Shown here: positions 1 through 18,886 of the stretch, in pieces | How the letters are laid out: every line of letters begins with the position of its first letter | Numbering within the stretch: the stretch's first letter is position 1 | NCBI GenBank assembly: GCA_964304625.1 | Contig: OZ199838.1 | Location: forward strand, 1,591,927 to 1,655,926 | Length of the DNA stretch: 64,000 nucleotides | Origin: Kudoa neothunni | Taxonomy: Eukaryota > Animalia > Cnidaria | Reading direction: 5' to 3' | The notes under the pieces: generated by a model | The model's database searches: none | What the model saw: only the letters and a program-made list of their open reading frames with translations | What the model was told of the DNA's origin: nothing | Program-made: the position numbers and the translations under genes

Positions 1-1264
1 ATTACTGGTTGCTATCAAAAAGATATTTTATCAAAAATAGTTTATATATGATAGGGCTTTATTGATTTTAAAGAATTATACTGTTAAACTGCAGAACAGT
101 GACTGTAATCCAAATCAGCAACTACGAGCAAAAACGAACCTGTTTAATATTTTATTATTGAGTATTTATCAATATCACATCTCCAGTAGGGTAACTTTGG
201 CAACAGTTATTTTTCACCACAATAATAGATGCTGTAATCTATTATATGTTGAACTCCTAGCAAATATTTCAACAGGCTGTACCGCCAATTAAGTCAGTCC
301 GAGTAAGGCATGCTTTAAATATTCTAAAATTGAAGTCGGAAAACTCTGATGTTGATGGATTATCGCAATATAACCTCAGCGATTGTCTACTGTACCAATT
401 CCTTTTCTATAAGAAAAAGAATTTCATATTTTATACAAGCATTAGCCAATTAATTGTATCGAATACATAACATTAATATCAAAGATGATTTATTGGTTGA
501 AATTCAGATATTCCTACTATCAAATGCTCAAACAATATCACACTAACTTGATTTAAAAATTTAATGATTAATCTCCGAACTAATTGTAATCTTTATTCGA
601 TAAATGTGGCCACTGTTCTGCATTTTAACCGTTTATTCAATAGTAGTTGTTATATTATGCAGTATCGAAATAAAATAAGGTGTTTAATCTCATACAATGA
701 TAAATAATCCATTGTATGAACATGATTTTACGTTAATAGATGATGGGATGTTTTGATCATAACAACGATGTGTAGGTCAATAATTCTGTCGACTTTATGA
801 GAGTTTGATAAACGGTCATTAATAAGTTCAGCATGTATTTATTTGTCAGATGAGGATTTAATATTTTTACAAAGAAGGTTGGTAAAATAATAGTACGAAT
901 AATATTTTTAAGCCAACCAACAGTTGACCGGTTAGAATTCAATAGTATGGGTGTGGAGTGATTGATAAGTTGCTTAGTGACCACATGACCAGTCGATGGC
1001 GATTTTGGGAATTGATTTATTTGTAAACATAATCGGCTGATAACACTTAAATATGAGCGTTCATTACTTAGCTTAAAATGGGGTTAATATGAAGCGTCAC
1101 AGAATTTTTCACACGCAGGTTATAAGTGGATTTGAATATTGACGTTGTAGTTGGGGAGAGTATTTAACAGAATTTCGCTATCAACATCGACAAATTTTGA
1201 TATTATTAATTGCCGCACGCTAAATCCGATAATATAAAGCTTTGAATTTGAGAACTAGTTGGAG

Positions 1265-3113
1265 ATGATGTTATATCGTGGTCCCAAGTCATTACTTTTG
1301 TCACGTACCTTATCTCGAGCGCTGAAAAGCGGGAACAACTTGAAGCTAGTGGTTGACGCACGATTCAAGTCATCATTAAGTCAAGGTCAGAAGTTGTTGA
1401 ATATGAAAAACGTCAATCCATGCATGCGTGAAATAGAGTATGCTGTTCGAGGGCCGATTGTAGAGTTGGCCGGCCAACTACAAGATGAGCTCAACAGGGT
1501 ATTATTGACTTTGTTGGTTTGTGTTAAGTTGGGCTCCGCTTACAAACATACACGCACACAACTACTGTGATATTTGTGTATGATGATGTTATATTGTGTA
1601 GGGAAGCATAAAACCATACAACCGTGTAATTAGAGCGAACATTGGAGATGCTCAAGCTATGGGTCAGAAACCATTGACATTCCTCCGCCAAGTATGGATT
1701 ATGTATTTTTTTCACAAAACAGAATCAACATGGTTTATGCTTTAAGGTGCTTGCTGCTTGTTCGTATCCTGATATGTTGAAAGTGGGTGGATTATTTCCA
1801 GAGGATGTCGAAGAGCGAGCAAGACAGATTATCAACAGTGCTCATGGTAGTATTGGTTGTTACAGCGATTCCTTGGGATGCACAAAGATCCGAAAACAAG
1901 TGGCCCAATACATTCAAAATAGGGACGGATTTCCGTGTAACTATTCGGACATATTTCTGACCAATGGAGCCTCTTCAGCAATAAAAATGGTGCTCTATTC
2001 GTTGATGACTAATGAGAGTGGTATAGGCAAGGCAGGAATCATGCTCCCCATACCACAATATCCGTTGTATTCGGCTTCAATTTCAGAAATTGGAGGTCAC
2101 TCTATCAAATACTACCTTGACGAGAGCAACAATTGGGCGTTAAATTTGTGTGAGCTGGAAAAGGCCTACGAACGAGAATGTGAATACTGCACACCACGAG
2201 CTATTGTAGTAATCAATCCCGGCAATCCCACCGGTCAAATCCTTCCCTATGAGAATATTGTTGAGATTATCACTTTCGCTAGAGATCATAATCTCTTGTT
2301 ATTGGCTGATGAGGTGTATCAACAGAATATTAACGATCCGAATGCAGAATTCCACTCCTTCAAAAAGGTGTTGTGTGAACTGGGTCATTCCTATAGCAAT
2401 GTTGAGTTGATTTCTTTCCATTCGGCATCCAAGGGGTTTTATGGAGAGTAATTGTGTTGGTGGTTTGTGCTCGATTTATTGATGGTTTGATCTGCTAGAT
2501 GTGGCATACGTGGAGGATATATGGAGCTGTTCAGAATCAACGAGGACATAAAATATCAATACACTAAGTTGATGTCTACCAACTTGGGTTCAAATCTCCC
2601 CGGCCAAATAGCTGTGAGTTGTGTTGTGGCACCGCCTATGGTTGGAGATGAGTCATATAAGCAATACGCTCAAGTGTGTTGATAAATAAATTTAATTAGC
2701 TCGAATTTTCTATTTAAAAATATACTGAACTGAATGAATTGTTGGTTGTGTAGGAGAAAAAGGACATTCTTTTTCATTTGGGGAAAAAAGCTGAAAAAAT
2801 TTACAAATCGCTCAATGCCATCGAAGGTATCACTTGCAATCCAGTGCAAGGTGCATTATACGCTTTTCCAAGACTTCACTTGTCCAAGTCTGCTGTAAAC
2901 GCGGCCAGAGCGGCAGGAATGGAACCGGATGCTTTTTATTGCACTCAGCTTCTTCAGGAAAAAGGAATTTGTGTGGTGCCAGGAAGTGGATTTCAACAGG
3001 TTCCCGGAACCTACCATTTTCGTATGACTATTCTCCCATCTAGCAACGATATTGGATATATGATGGAAGCTATTAGTGATTTCAACACCAAATTCAGATC
3101 CACTTATAATTGA
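1265..3113 (+). CDS. GPT: Alanine aminotransferase (GPT/ALT, probably mitochondrial GPT2-like), 5 exons
   Basis: Exons 1265-1498, 1602-1691, 1747-2447, 2499-2673, 2754-3113 join in frame via GT-AG introns. Motifs [38 protein letters not shown]-lysine [29 protein letters not shown]. The R/K/S/L-rich N-terminus resembles a mitochondrial presequence. Confidence 0.96.
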
Positions 3114-3415
3114 AATTAATAATAGTTTTTCTCTTTCTATCTATCTTTTCACACGTTGATAATCAATTCTTATTACGTGGAATTGCTATTAGAAATTTGT
3201 AATCTTTTGCTACGGATCTATTATCATTATTATTATCAATATCAATAGTAATTGTTTTAAAATGAACTTTTCAACGTAAAAACTAAATGCAGTTAGTAAG
3301 TTGAAGTTAATTTGAGAGCAGACTAGGTTGAGTTGGGGGATGAATCGATGTGCGTTTTTCGGCAGTGTAACTAAATTAACATATAGTGGGAATGTTTGCG
3401 TACTTATTTCGAATT

Positions 3416-7723
<4,308 letters not shown>

Positions 7724-7818
7724 TAGAAAAAACATATCTTAGCAAATTTTAACAACTAACTACCATAATATCATTTCCGAATATATTTTTTATGGCCAAT
7801 TTCCACACCAACACAAAT

Positions 7819-8258
7819 CTATTCTGATGCTTTTGTCAATATCATTGGACCCACATTATCACCAGTTTCTTTATTGTGCAGTCGGTGAGAGCCATCACAA
7901 TATGGAAACTAGTTAGATTCACATCAGAACTATCACAAACTATTGTATGGCGTACCTTGTGCGATAGCCAACATCGGCATACCGCGACATCATTGTTTCC
8001 TATTTTATTTAAATCTAATCGGTCAACAACTATGCCAACATCTTTTTTCACAAGGTAGTTCAGCTGATGCTCACAAGCTAAAAATATTTAGTCGAATTGA
8101 GCGATTAATCGACATTAAATCGAGCACGCACATTTGTCGTCACATTGACACCCTGTGTCGCATTTGTTGAAATACTTTTTTTGCATCACATATGTTGTAA
8201 CACAAAATACAACCAATAACCCGCCTAAGGCTATACTATGAGTCCACAGCCAATCCAT
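7819..8258 (-). CDS. CISD: CDGSH iron-sulfur domain protein (CISD1/CISD2-like NEET protein), 3 exons
   Basis: N-terminal TM (IALGGLLVVFCVTTYVM). After splicing: CRCWLSHK|FPYCDGSHRLHNKETGDNVGPMIL, the canonical CDGSH motif. Confidence 0.92.
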
Positions 8259-8313
8259 TTTAACTGCTTCGCAAGCGCATTAACATGTTTACTAATCTCT
8301 AATTCATTTAGTG

Positions 8314-8888
8314 TAGGGGTTTTCCACTCTACCCCCGTAACTCGGAAACCAAATTCATATCTACTTTAAGATTTTTTATTGGTTTAATTATAATGACAAT
8401 TTTTAATCCCAGAAACATTTATTAACAAGTTGTCCAGAGATTGAGTTTATCAGGTTCTACTAAATTTAATTATTTCCTAACCTTTCATGCGCTTTTAGGG
8501 GCCAAAAGTAACTAAAAATAATCAAAATTAGGGCACGTGAATATTATTTACTATGAAAATAGCCACTTTTAATTAAATTATTAGGCTACATCTTTTAAAA
8601 TAAATGAGGCATAAAAGAACGAGATTGACAGCCTCCATATAAATATGGTAGGTGACCAATTATTCATACATTTTTCAATCCCCGTGGGGTTACGACGAGT
8701 GGTCACCTACTGTAATTGTTAAATAATTATTCCCAAAAATTGTTTAAGCATTTCTGAAAACTTATGGAGTTTAATTTCCCTCAATAATTTAATTTCTTAG
8801 ACATCATTAAATAGGTCATAAACCGCATGCAAAAATTTCTCCTATCAAATTTTAGTGTCACTTAATTTATCCCCGGTTGAGAACCCTG
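8314..8888. mobile_element. hAT-type MITE, same family as 13042-13427 in opposite orientation
   Basis: Ends TAGGGGTTTTCCAC ... GTTGAGAACCCTG. Degenerate 8-bp TSD ATTTAGTG/GTTTAATG. The first ~100 bp match the reverse complement of 13321-13427. Confidence 0.75.
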
Positions 8889-8904
8889 GTTTAATGTGTC
8901 TGGC

Positions 8905-9840
8905 ACGCATTATGACAGAGTTAGTCGTTATTATGGCTTCAAAAAACCGTGGACCCTCGAAATTTCAAGGGTAAGGGATTATCCTCTAGTTTGAAGAGAT
9001 TAAGTCAATGTATTAACAAGATTTTGTGATTCGTTCTCAGTGGATTTTTGTAATGAATGTTAGCAGAAATTTTTTCATCCAAATTCAGCATTGCATTATT
9101 TTTTGGAATAAACTATTTTATTTCTTTTAAAATATGAGCTAAACTACAGTAGGTGTGTAGAACTTCGCGGGCGGGTGTCGCATACAAAATCGGAAATTAA
9201 ATCGTTTCCTCCGATTCGTCCTGTTAATTCGCTCCTTTTTTAAAGGTTTTTCATTTTTGTTCATATCACAAAAAATTACATTGTATAGTTAAATTAAGAT
9301 CAATAAGAATTAATCTATAAACTGAAATTAAATCTTAAGTAGAGCACATTCGGATTCACGCGGAATCTCTGTTGTTGATAAATACATCAAGAAATTATTA
9401 TTTCTCTATAATTTTAACAAATTCGAAATTGTTAATTGTTCACTGAATTTTTTTTCTTTGCATCTGTTGGTAATAAGTTCGTAAATGTTCAATCTTGACT
9501 TCGTATTTTAAAAACAGAACTTTCTAATTTATTCTATTCCAAAATAGAACATAGATTTTTCAATTTAACTATGGCATTTCTTAATGTAGTTTTTAGTTTA
9601 TATATTTTTTGGGGTGATTTATTCATTCATTAGAAAATGTTATAACAATATTTGTTCCAAAATTCCAACATGCAAATTTTTAATTAATTTATTTTTTTAT
9701 TTATATCCATTATGTAACTAAAATCAAAAATGCTAAATAATTATTTTTTAATTAAAATTAACTTTAAAGTAAAATAATCGTCACAATTAAAAATATACGA
9801 CTTTTAAGCATTTAAGATCAAATCAATTATGGACGTCAAT
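8905..9840. repeat. Dispersed ~0.95 kb repeat; diverged inverted copy at ~40200-41190
   Basis: Collinear matching blocks, e.g. GGATTATCCTCTAGTTTGAAGAGATTAAG vs CTTAATCTCTTCGAAATAGAGGATAATCC, and GTGTCGCATACAAAAT vs ATTTTGTATGCGACAC. Confidence 0.85.
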
Positions 9841-10499
9841 AAGTCATAGGCATTTTTTATTACCTATCTTAACAATGTTAAAATGGAGTATAATCTAAAA
9901 ATAAACATGTATTACCTAGTTTTCGAATATGAAGTGAAATATTATGTTGTATTTTATAATCTATTTCAACACGTTTACCCTCGTTTTTTAAAGCCTAGTC
10001 GTTATCTTTGTGTGTCTGTATTATTTAGTGGAGTTTATGATTGGAGTGTATGTTCACTGCAGAATGTGATGCACTTGCAGTTTTAGATCGGTCTAGTGGA
10101 GAGGATCATATTGTATTAGAGGTTGGTCAACAGCAACCCTCATCAGCCGCCCAGAAAGATTTTCGCGACGCCTGGAAGTTTTAACTTTGACTAGACATAA
10201 TGTATTCTATTGAAGCTAGCTTGGGTAAACACTTAAAGATGATAAGTTCGCAATATCTTTCATTAAGTCTCAGATGATGTTGATTATTAGTAAAATTATA
10301 GTAATATTGAAAAAAACAACATAATTTAAAAAACGAAAATGTTGCATAAGAATTAATGCAAGATCAAATGTTCATCCAGCAATATTATTTACGAATCAAT
10401 ATTGTTCATTGGAAGTAGGTGATGAGCTTTAAAATTTACCATATTGTATTGACTAGTTCGAATAAAAACAAATTAATAATTCTGGTCGAAACAACTTTA

Positions 10500-11310
10500 A
10501 ATAATGCCTCGATATTTCGCAGTTGCCAAATATCTCATGAATCTTTTTACAAATTATAAATTTTGACACTACAAAGTAATAAAAATTTTATTATCTCGTA
10601 AAATATGTCATCTTATTTATGAATAAAAAAATCAGTATGTTATTTTTCAATATTGTATAAAATTTTTGTATTGCGTAGCAATTTTGGGATCCGGAATAAC
10701 CATTTTGAATCGACATTTCGCATCAAATTTGATTTTGATAAGATTACTGATGGTTATTAACCAGAAATTTAAAATAATCAGTTATTATAATTGAATTAAG
10801 TCAATTAAAGGTTCAAAAATAATTTATAACTTTAAAGTTTGGTCTTAATAAGTGTCTAATTATGATTTGGTAAGAGATACATTTAAATATGAAGAATATT
10901 CCAACTTAAGTTGAATCCTACCGATAAAACATAAACTTTCAAGCTGTGATATTTCTAACAAATAAAAACGTAAATGAATGAAAAAATTAATTGGTGGTCC
11001 AATTTAATATCGAAGTATTAAACAGTAACTCTGACGATGAAATCTAAAAGGACAAATAAATTGTTAAAGTGTTGGCGTATAAAATTAAGGAATTTTTATG
11101 AACTGTTAGAAAAACCTTTATAGATAGGCGAAGATCTAGAAAGGCTCTGTGATTTACATCCTATCATGGAGCGAATGTTAGCTATTCCGAATGAACAAGA
11201 AGTGCAGATAAAAACGATAATCCTTTTTTGTACATATACAAAGCGCATGATTGATATCGCGTAGTGAGTTGACGGTCTCTACTTACTACGCAATATCGAG
11301 ACACAATATG
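10500..11310. mobile_element. Degraded Tc1/pogo-type non-autonomous element
   Basis: TIR remnants GCCTCGATATTTCGCAGT ... ACTACGCAATATCGAGAC, related to the TIR at 34921. Internal blocks recur at ~39800-39860 and ~41270-41520. Confidence 0.6.
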
Positions 11311-13031
11311 AATGAATTTAAATTAAGATGAATAGTAAAGATTACTTGTTTCATTTCTAAATCAAATTATTAGGTTTTGAATAAGAGATAGTGAGTAGAA
11401 GAAAAACACGTAAATGTTTTTATAAAAAATAGATTTATTTTCTTTTATAATTTTGATTTGTCTATAAAAAAAATTTATAAACTAAGAAATAATTAAATAC
11501 ATATCTACAATATAAAGCAACCCGGTAATCCGTATATGTCAGGGTGTACGCATTTTTCATTCTTTATAGAGAGATATATCGTTCTATTTGAGCACATGTA
11601 TTGGAGGATAAAATTTTATTTAAACACAGAAAAGTACGTAAAAAATTATAAAAGGTTTGCACCCTGAAAAATGACTAAAAACATTTTCACGTGGTATGAG
11701 TAATATGATTTCAGGATTTATGCAATCATATAGATCATTTCGTTAAAGTTTTAAAAGTTGATTTTAAATTTACCTTAGTGTTTATTTTACTTTAAAATTA
11801 TTGAGACGTAATTTAGTAATTGAAATAGTTCAAATAAGGATGGTGATCTTAAGTTATGTAGTCAAGCATTAATATGAAATTCATTTGTTGATGTTTAACA
11901 AGATTAGTCCAATTCATATGGTATGATTTAGAGATTACTGCAAACATTAAGGAGAAAATCGAATTTTAGGAGCTCTAAAGAGGAAATTTTAAAAGCTCAG
12001 TAGTGTTTATTCGTTGTTAAAAATATTAAATAAATCATCAATTAATTGGGTAATCTTTGTACTATTTATCTAAATACTCTTAATTTACTTTGAACTTCAA
12101 ATGACCTTGGCCAACTCAAGGCTTTAGTCTGCGGGGCTTTTGCGCTAGTTAATCTATATCCGAAAACATGTATTTATGTATCAAACTATGATAATTTTTG
12201 GAAATTTCATATTAGAATTTATTTTATATTAATCAAAGTCACATCTAAATGGCAACTTTCGACTGAAGTAAAGATTATATGGTAATTAAGTTCAAAAATT
12301 AAAGTAAAATCCTTTTTTAATTGTTTAATTTGAAGAATAATAATTAAATGATGATTATAATAGGGGTTATATAAATAAATAACAGATTACGAAGAAAGAT
12401 TAAAGCAACTCAATTTATGAGATATATAGAATAATTTATGAATTTTCAAACTTTTAAAATCTTATAAAATGTAACAATGAAAAAATAAACGAAAAACGCA
12501 TGTTATCACACAGAATTTTGTAGCCGCTAAATACACCATTACTGACCGGTTCATATTCTTAGGATATTTAAAGTTTCATGTAAATAATATATTGTGGAAA
12601 GTAAAGATATTATTCATATTTTAACTTAATTTTATTCTCATCTCAAATCGATTAATTTATTTTAGAGCATATAATTAATCCATCGTATTAATTATGCCAT
12701 AAGTATCACGAAGCGAATGAAACATAGTATTGATTAGAGTTTGAAAGCAAATCGTGAAAACATATGGTGCAGACATATTTAATTTAGTATGAAAATTATC
12801 AGTGTTTTAACTAAGTTAATATTCTTTATGAACATTGAAAATGTATGGGGTAACATTGACAACTCCTCTACAGACGTTGTTTTTAAAATATCCTATATCC
12901 ACGTCCGTAACGTTATGTTCAATCTATTAAAAATTTTAAAAAAATAAATACGAATATATGTATATATATATATATAGATGATTTGAAATAAAAAGAGTTT
13001 CAATATTGGACATAATAATTATTTCAATTAA

Positions 13032-13787
13032 CCCTCTAAGGCAGGGGTTCTCAACTGGGGGTAAATTAAATGATGTACATAAGGATTTTATTATTCATGG
13101 CTGTTAAAACCAATAAGAAGTCGGCAGAAATGCTTAAAGTGTTTTTAGGAATAAATATTCAACAACTATTTATTAACCTATAGTCGATGTCTTCCTTATA
13201 TGGTTCGTTTATTTATTAATTATTTCCGGTCCGAAGAGCGAAGGATTGGGATAGAAAGTTTTTAATATAGCAAAATATAATAAATTAAATCTGTAGGCAG
13301 CTTGTGGATAAGAGTTGATGGGATTAAAAATTGTCATTATAATTAAACCAATATAAAACCTTAAAGTAAATATGACTTTGATTTCCAAGTTCGGGGGTAA
13401 ATTTGAAATACCCGTTGAGAACCCCTGCTTTAAGATGTCCAACAACGAACTATCTCCAAAGGTTTTGGGATGAAATTTACCCCAGAGTTTGTTTAAATAA
13501 ATTTATTCCTAAAACATTATATGGTTTGACAAGTTATATTCGGAGAAAAAGTGTCATTACTAATCCTCATAAACCTTATGCGACATAAGTCGTAAGTTAC
13601 CAATTCCTCGGTAACGCACAAAGGTAAAAAATGTAACTGTTATGTATTTTATTTTAATTTCTAACTTAATTTATTTTGTTAACATAATGAGTCAATATTG
13701 AATTCATTTGAACAATAAACACATTTTTGGATGAATAATTAAGTAAAAATAATGCTGGGGTGAGTTTATCCCAAAATCTTTAGAGGG
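13032..13787. mobile_element. piggyBac-type MITE containing a nested hAT MITE
   Basis: TTAA|CCCTCTAAG ... CTTTAGAGGG|TTAA. Inner inverted block AAAGGTTTTGGGATGAAATTTACCCCAG vs CTGGGGTGAGTTTATCCCAAAATCTTT. Confidence 0.7.
13042..13427. mobile_element. hAT-type MITE
   Basis: Perfect TIR CAGGGGTTCTCAAC / GTTGAGAACCCCTG; 8-bp TSD CTCTAAGG/CTTTAAGA (6/8 match). Confidence 0.85.
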
Positions 13788-14069
13788 TTAAATTCACAAA
13801 CTAAAAATTTATCAATATCCTAGGTGATTCATATTTCGTCAGTTATTAATCAGCAAACGTGAGTAAGAATAGAATAATTAATAAGAACAATTTTGGGTAA
13901 CCGGTAGACGTATTTTTCAACTATTATTCCAAAACTTAACATCTCGCACAGCAACTACATAAATAAAGTCCTAAAAACGTTCACATGACGATATTTATGA
14001 TGATATTGAAGCGAATAATTGAAAAACCAACAGAAAAATTGACAAATATATATTTCACTACAAAATTTG

Positions 14070-14515
14070 TCAGATTTGTTGAGATTGGGACATTCTCAAG
14101 TAAATTTCATCAATTTCTTGAGTTAGGTTGTAAATAAGGATTTTTTTGAATTCTGAAGAGTTATATATTGTGCTTTGAGAATCAGAACTTATATCAAAAC
14201 TCAAAAAAGCTTGCATCCCTTTGGATTTTAGATGTAATGCTAATTTTGTACAGAGTAGTTCTTGTAACCCATTCTCGCTGACTCCGAAAAGGTCTTTCAC
14301 TATTGGATTATCGTCCTAAAAGAAAAATAAGCAATGGGTTTCAATTGAAATTCTACATAACGAGTAAACGTTGATAGTAACAAATTTTCAATTGATCCCT
14401 GCCTCGGTTTCACGTCTCCCAACCACACAAAAATCGACTTCAATTTGAGAAAGATCATAAAATTAATTTCAACGTCAGAAATAGTTATAACTCCATTTTT
14501 ATGCAATAGATTCAT
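14070..14515 (-). CDS. PSMG4: Proteasome assembly chaperone 4 (PAC4), 2 exons
   Basis: A 41-nt intron (14316-14356) joins two ORFs: SIFVWLG...IENLLLSTFTRY|DDNPIVKDLFG...QAFLSFDI, matching recalled PSMG4 SLFLWVG...LRNLAVAMCSRYDSIPVSTSLLG...QVFVSYNL. Confidence 0.8.
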
Positions 14516-14609
14516 TATTCAATAAAGTAAAGCAAATATTTGATTTGCGTTGTGTGTGTCACGTGACCAAGGTTGTATAATCCATTTCCACGATTGACTG
14601 CCCCCAATT
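14516..14609. promoter_or_regulatory. 94-bp bidirectional promoter with palindromic GTCACGTGAC E-box (14558-14567)
   Basis: Divergent ATGs at 14515 (-) and 14610 (+); perfect 10-bp USF/MITF-TFE (CLEAR-type) palindrome near the middle. Confidence 0.6.
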
Positions 14610-16107
<1,498 letters not shown>

Positions 16108-16569
16108 TATGACTTATTTTATCTCTCCTCAGATAACAATATTAGAATCAATTAGATGTTATGTGTCTATTTTTTTTTCATCGTTTTAAGGTGGGATGTT
16201 TCCTCTCATAAACGGATCTTTTAGAGCTAACGGGTTTGCTTCCCTGTTGTGGTTTTATTTTAATTTTCTTCATTGGATTGTGATTTCTAAGTTTATGGTA
16301 TATTCCTAAAATAAAAAGATTTAGCGATTAATCTTCTTTATAGGCAATTAAAGTTTCCGCGGTTCCTGTTATTTCCACATTGTGTATAATGGTCAAATGG
16401 TTGACTATTACATTCGCTGTTTTAATTTCAAATCATAATTTTTCTTCCATCCATGCGATTTTCTAACAAATGACTGTAAATAGTTTTGAGTAAACTCGGT
16501 TATTCTTAAAGTAACTTAATCTACTGTAAAAATGAAATAACACTTTTGCGTGATTGTTCAAAGAATCGA

Positions 16570-16935
16570 ATTTTATTGCTTAGAATCTGATGGCGGTGAC
16601 TTAGATGCTCATGAGTTCAACTCCGGCCCCGGTAATGCTACAACATATGCGCCGCGATTCCTATTCCTTAATGACAGGTGTGGTTAGAGTGTGTGTCCTC
16701 TGTATGTGAGATATACATTAAGTTATAGTTCGGTTCAGATTAGACTTTTGAATCGTAGGAGTGGTATTAGATAAAAACTCTTGCAAACCTCGTGGTGCTA
16801 ACACATTATGTTGAAGTAGGTAGGATTTGGGGTGATGCAAGCTTCGAGAGGGGAATTGTAAATGAGTTAAATTTCAACGTCAACGAAAGCTCCACAGCCT
16901 AATGATCGGTTCCAGGGGTTTTGCTTTGAAGATAA
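16570..16935 (+). mobile_element. Degenerate SINE-like element
   Basis: B-box-like GAGTTCAACTCC near the 5' end, raised GC, and a 3' end CCACAGCCTAATGATCGGTTCCAGGGGTTTTGCTTTGAAGATAAA resembling the tails of the two other SINEs. Confidence 0.5.
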
Positions 16936-17544
16936 ATCTCATAGAATCATTGAATTGGGAAAAAGTTAAGTTTATTTCATTTTTTTCGCGGAAAAATATT
17001 TATTTAATATTTTATCATTTATAATATGTGGAAATATTTCCATTTACTCAAGTAAAAAATTAGAAATTATGGCGTTAATGTAACTAAACGAGGGATTACA
17101 TACCGCTTTATCGCATTTTGCATTTATACTGGATAAAATTGGTTAGAACCTCTTCTAATTAGACAAATATAGAACTGGGCTTTTAAATTAAGTGCACAAA
17201 TCAATGATAGATTAATATATTGGATATTTTTCGACTTATCCAGAATTTACTTAAGTTGATGGAATCAAAAGCGATAATTTGGCCAAAATTATTTTTCTAA
17301 GTTACTTCATGATACATTGGTCAATAATTTTCCTTGAAATAACTATACTAATCAAAAATTACATAATAATATTTATTTTTTAATTTTTAATGATAGATAA
17401 ACAATGAGATGAGCACGTTTACTTCATAAAGTAATGCGAATAGATTGTGGTTAAAAAAGTGTACCTTAACAATCTCATTTAAAAATGACAATATTTTACT
17501 TAGTTTCATCAGCGATTTAGCATATTCATCTTTGAAAAGTCACT

Positions 17545-17945
17545 TAAAAATGTTTTAATCCACGGAAGAAAAGAATAAACAAAAAAATCGCTTAAATTGC
17601 ATTCTATTAAAGAATTTTGGAAATTAAATTAAAATTATTTAACAGAAATAAAAAAAATAGTAAAATATATATATCGATGCGGTAGATTAAGATAATTTTT
17701 ATTCTCCGGATTTATTTTACTAGTTCGGAAGTAACAACTGGTACACCCGTTCAAAGAATCACCTAAATAAAATGCTATTTTTATATAGATTGGTGATATA
17801 GTTAAATTTATGAATGATTTAAACATAAATGAAAGGAATCTAACTTTAAATTTTCATCACTCCGAAATATACGGGTATTAATACTATTACTGAAATTTGG
17901 TAATTCACATTGAAATTTTAAAATCGATTAAATAATTATTTTAAA
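17545..17945. repeat. Old dispersed repeat; diverged direct copy at ~23855-24255 (BLTP1 intron)
   Basis: Shared blocks TTTTAATCCAC...GAATAAA, TATATAGATTG.T.ATATAGTTAAAT, and TTTTAAAATC.ATTAAAT.ATTATTTTAAAA. Confidence 0.6.
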
Positions 17946-18886
17946 AGATTCGATAACTTTTAGTTTTTTTATAAAAACAAAACAATTTTTGGAATCATCT
18001 CAATCCCGTAAAATTTCCATATATGTGTTACCATCTGTAGTAAATTAAATTGCACATGTGTAATTAGAGGCTCTCATACAAATAGATATAAATAATTATA
18101 TATATATAGATTAATGTTATGATTTAGTTCGCATTAAGGAATTATACCGAAAAATTGGTAGAGAATAGAAAAGATTGTTCTACCGTAAACTGTAAAAGAT
18201 TATCTCGAATTAGAAATAAATAATCATTGTTTATTATTAATTAAATGTTTTGTTTGACGATCAAAATGACATGAGACATTTATTACTTCATATATGAAGA
18301 TGAGGGACCGAATTCGAATAGGGAAACACTAATCTAGGGCTTATTTTTTAATTCAATTTTTACAAGAAACTAGGCATATTTTTTTTGTAAGCCTTATTTC
18401 GAAAAATATTTATCATTATTTAACTATATTATTTATAATCAAAAAAATTCAATTATTTGGTTTCAAAAAGATTGTTGAAGTTATTGTGATGTAATGATTC
18501 TTTGCATCCGGAGAAATAAATAATTCTAAGGAACAAATAGAAACTATATAGAGAACTCAAGATTTAGGGACTGAGTTAAAAAAATTAAGAATAATTAAAA
18601 TACAATATAAATTAAGGGATACTTTTATTGTTTTCTGATTTATATTTAATCTTATTTGGAGTATCACCAAAATGCATTAGATATAATATGTAATAAACTA
18701 TAAGAGAATTCTAATTTTTTTAATTCAACTCTACTAATATCGTCCATATAGAAGAGATTGTTTTAGATTTGTCATAATATCAATTGTTTTTATCAGAAAG
18801 AATGAACAAATAATTAAATATTTATAGAACAAAGATATAGTAATTTAACAAAATAAATAAAAAAGAACTAATCAATAAAAAATTAT

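Noticed and set aside
725-1035. Possible minus-strand gene diverging from ALT
   Set aside because: Coding-like pieces are interrupted by stops in each reading and I recognised no homology.
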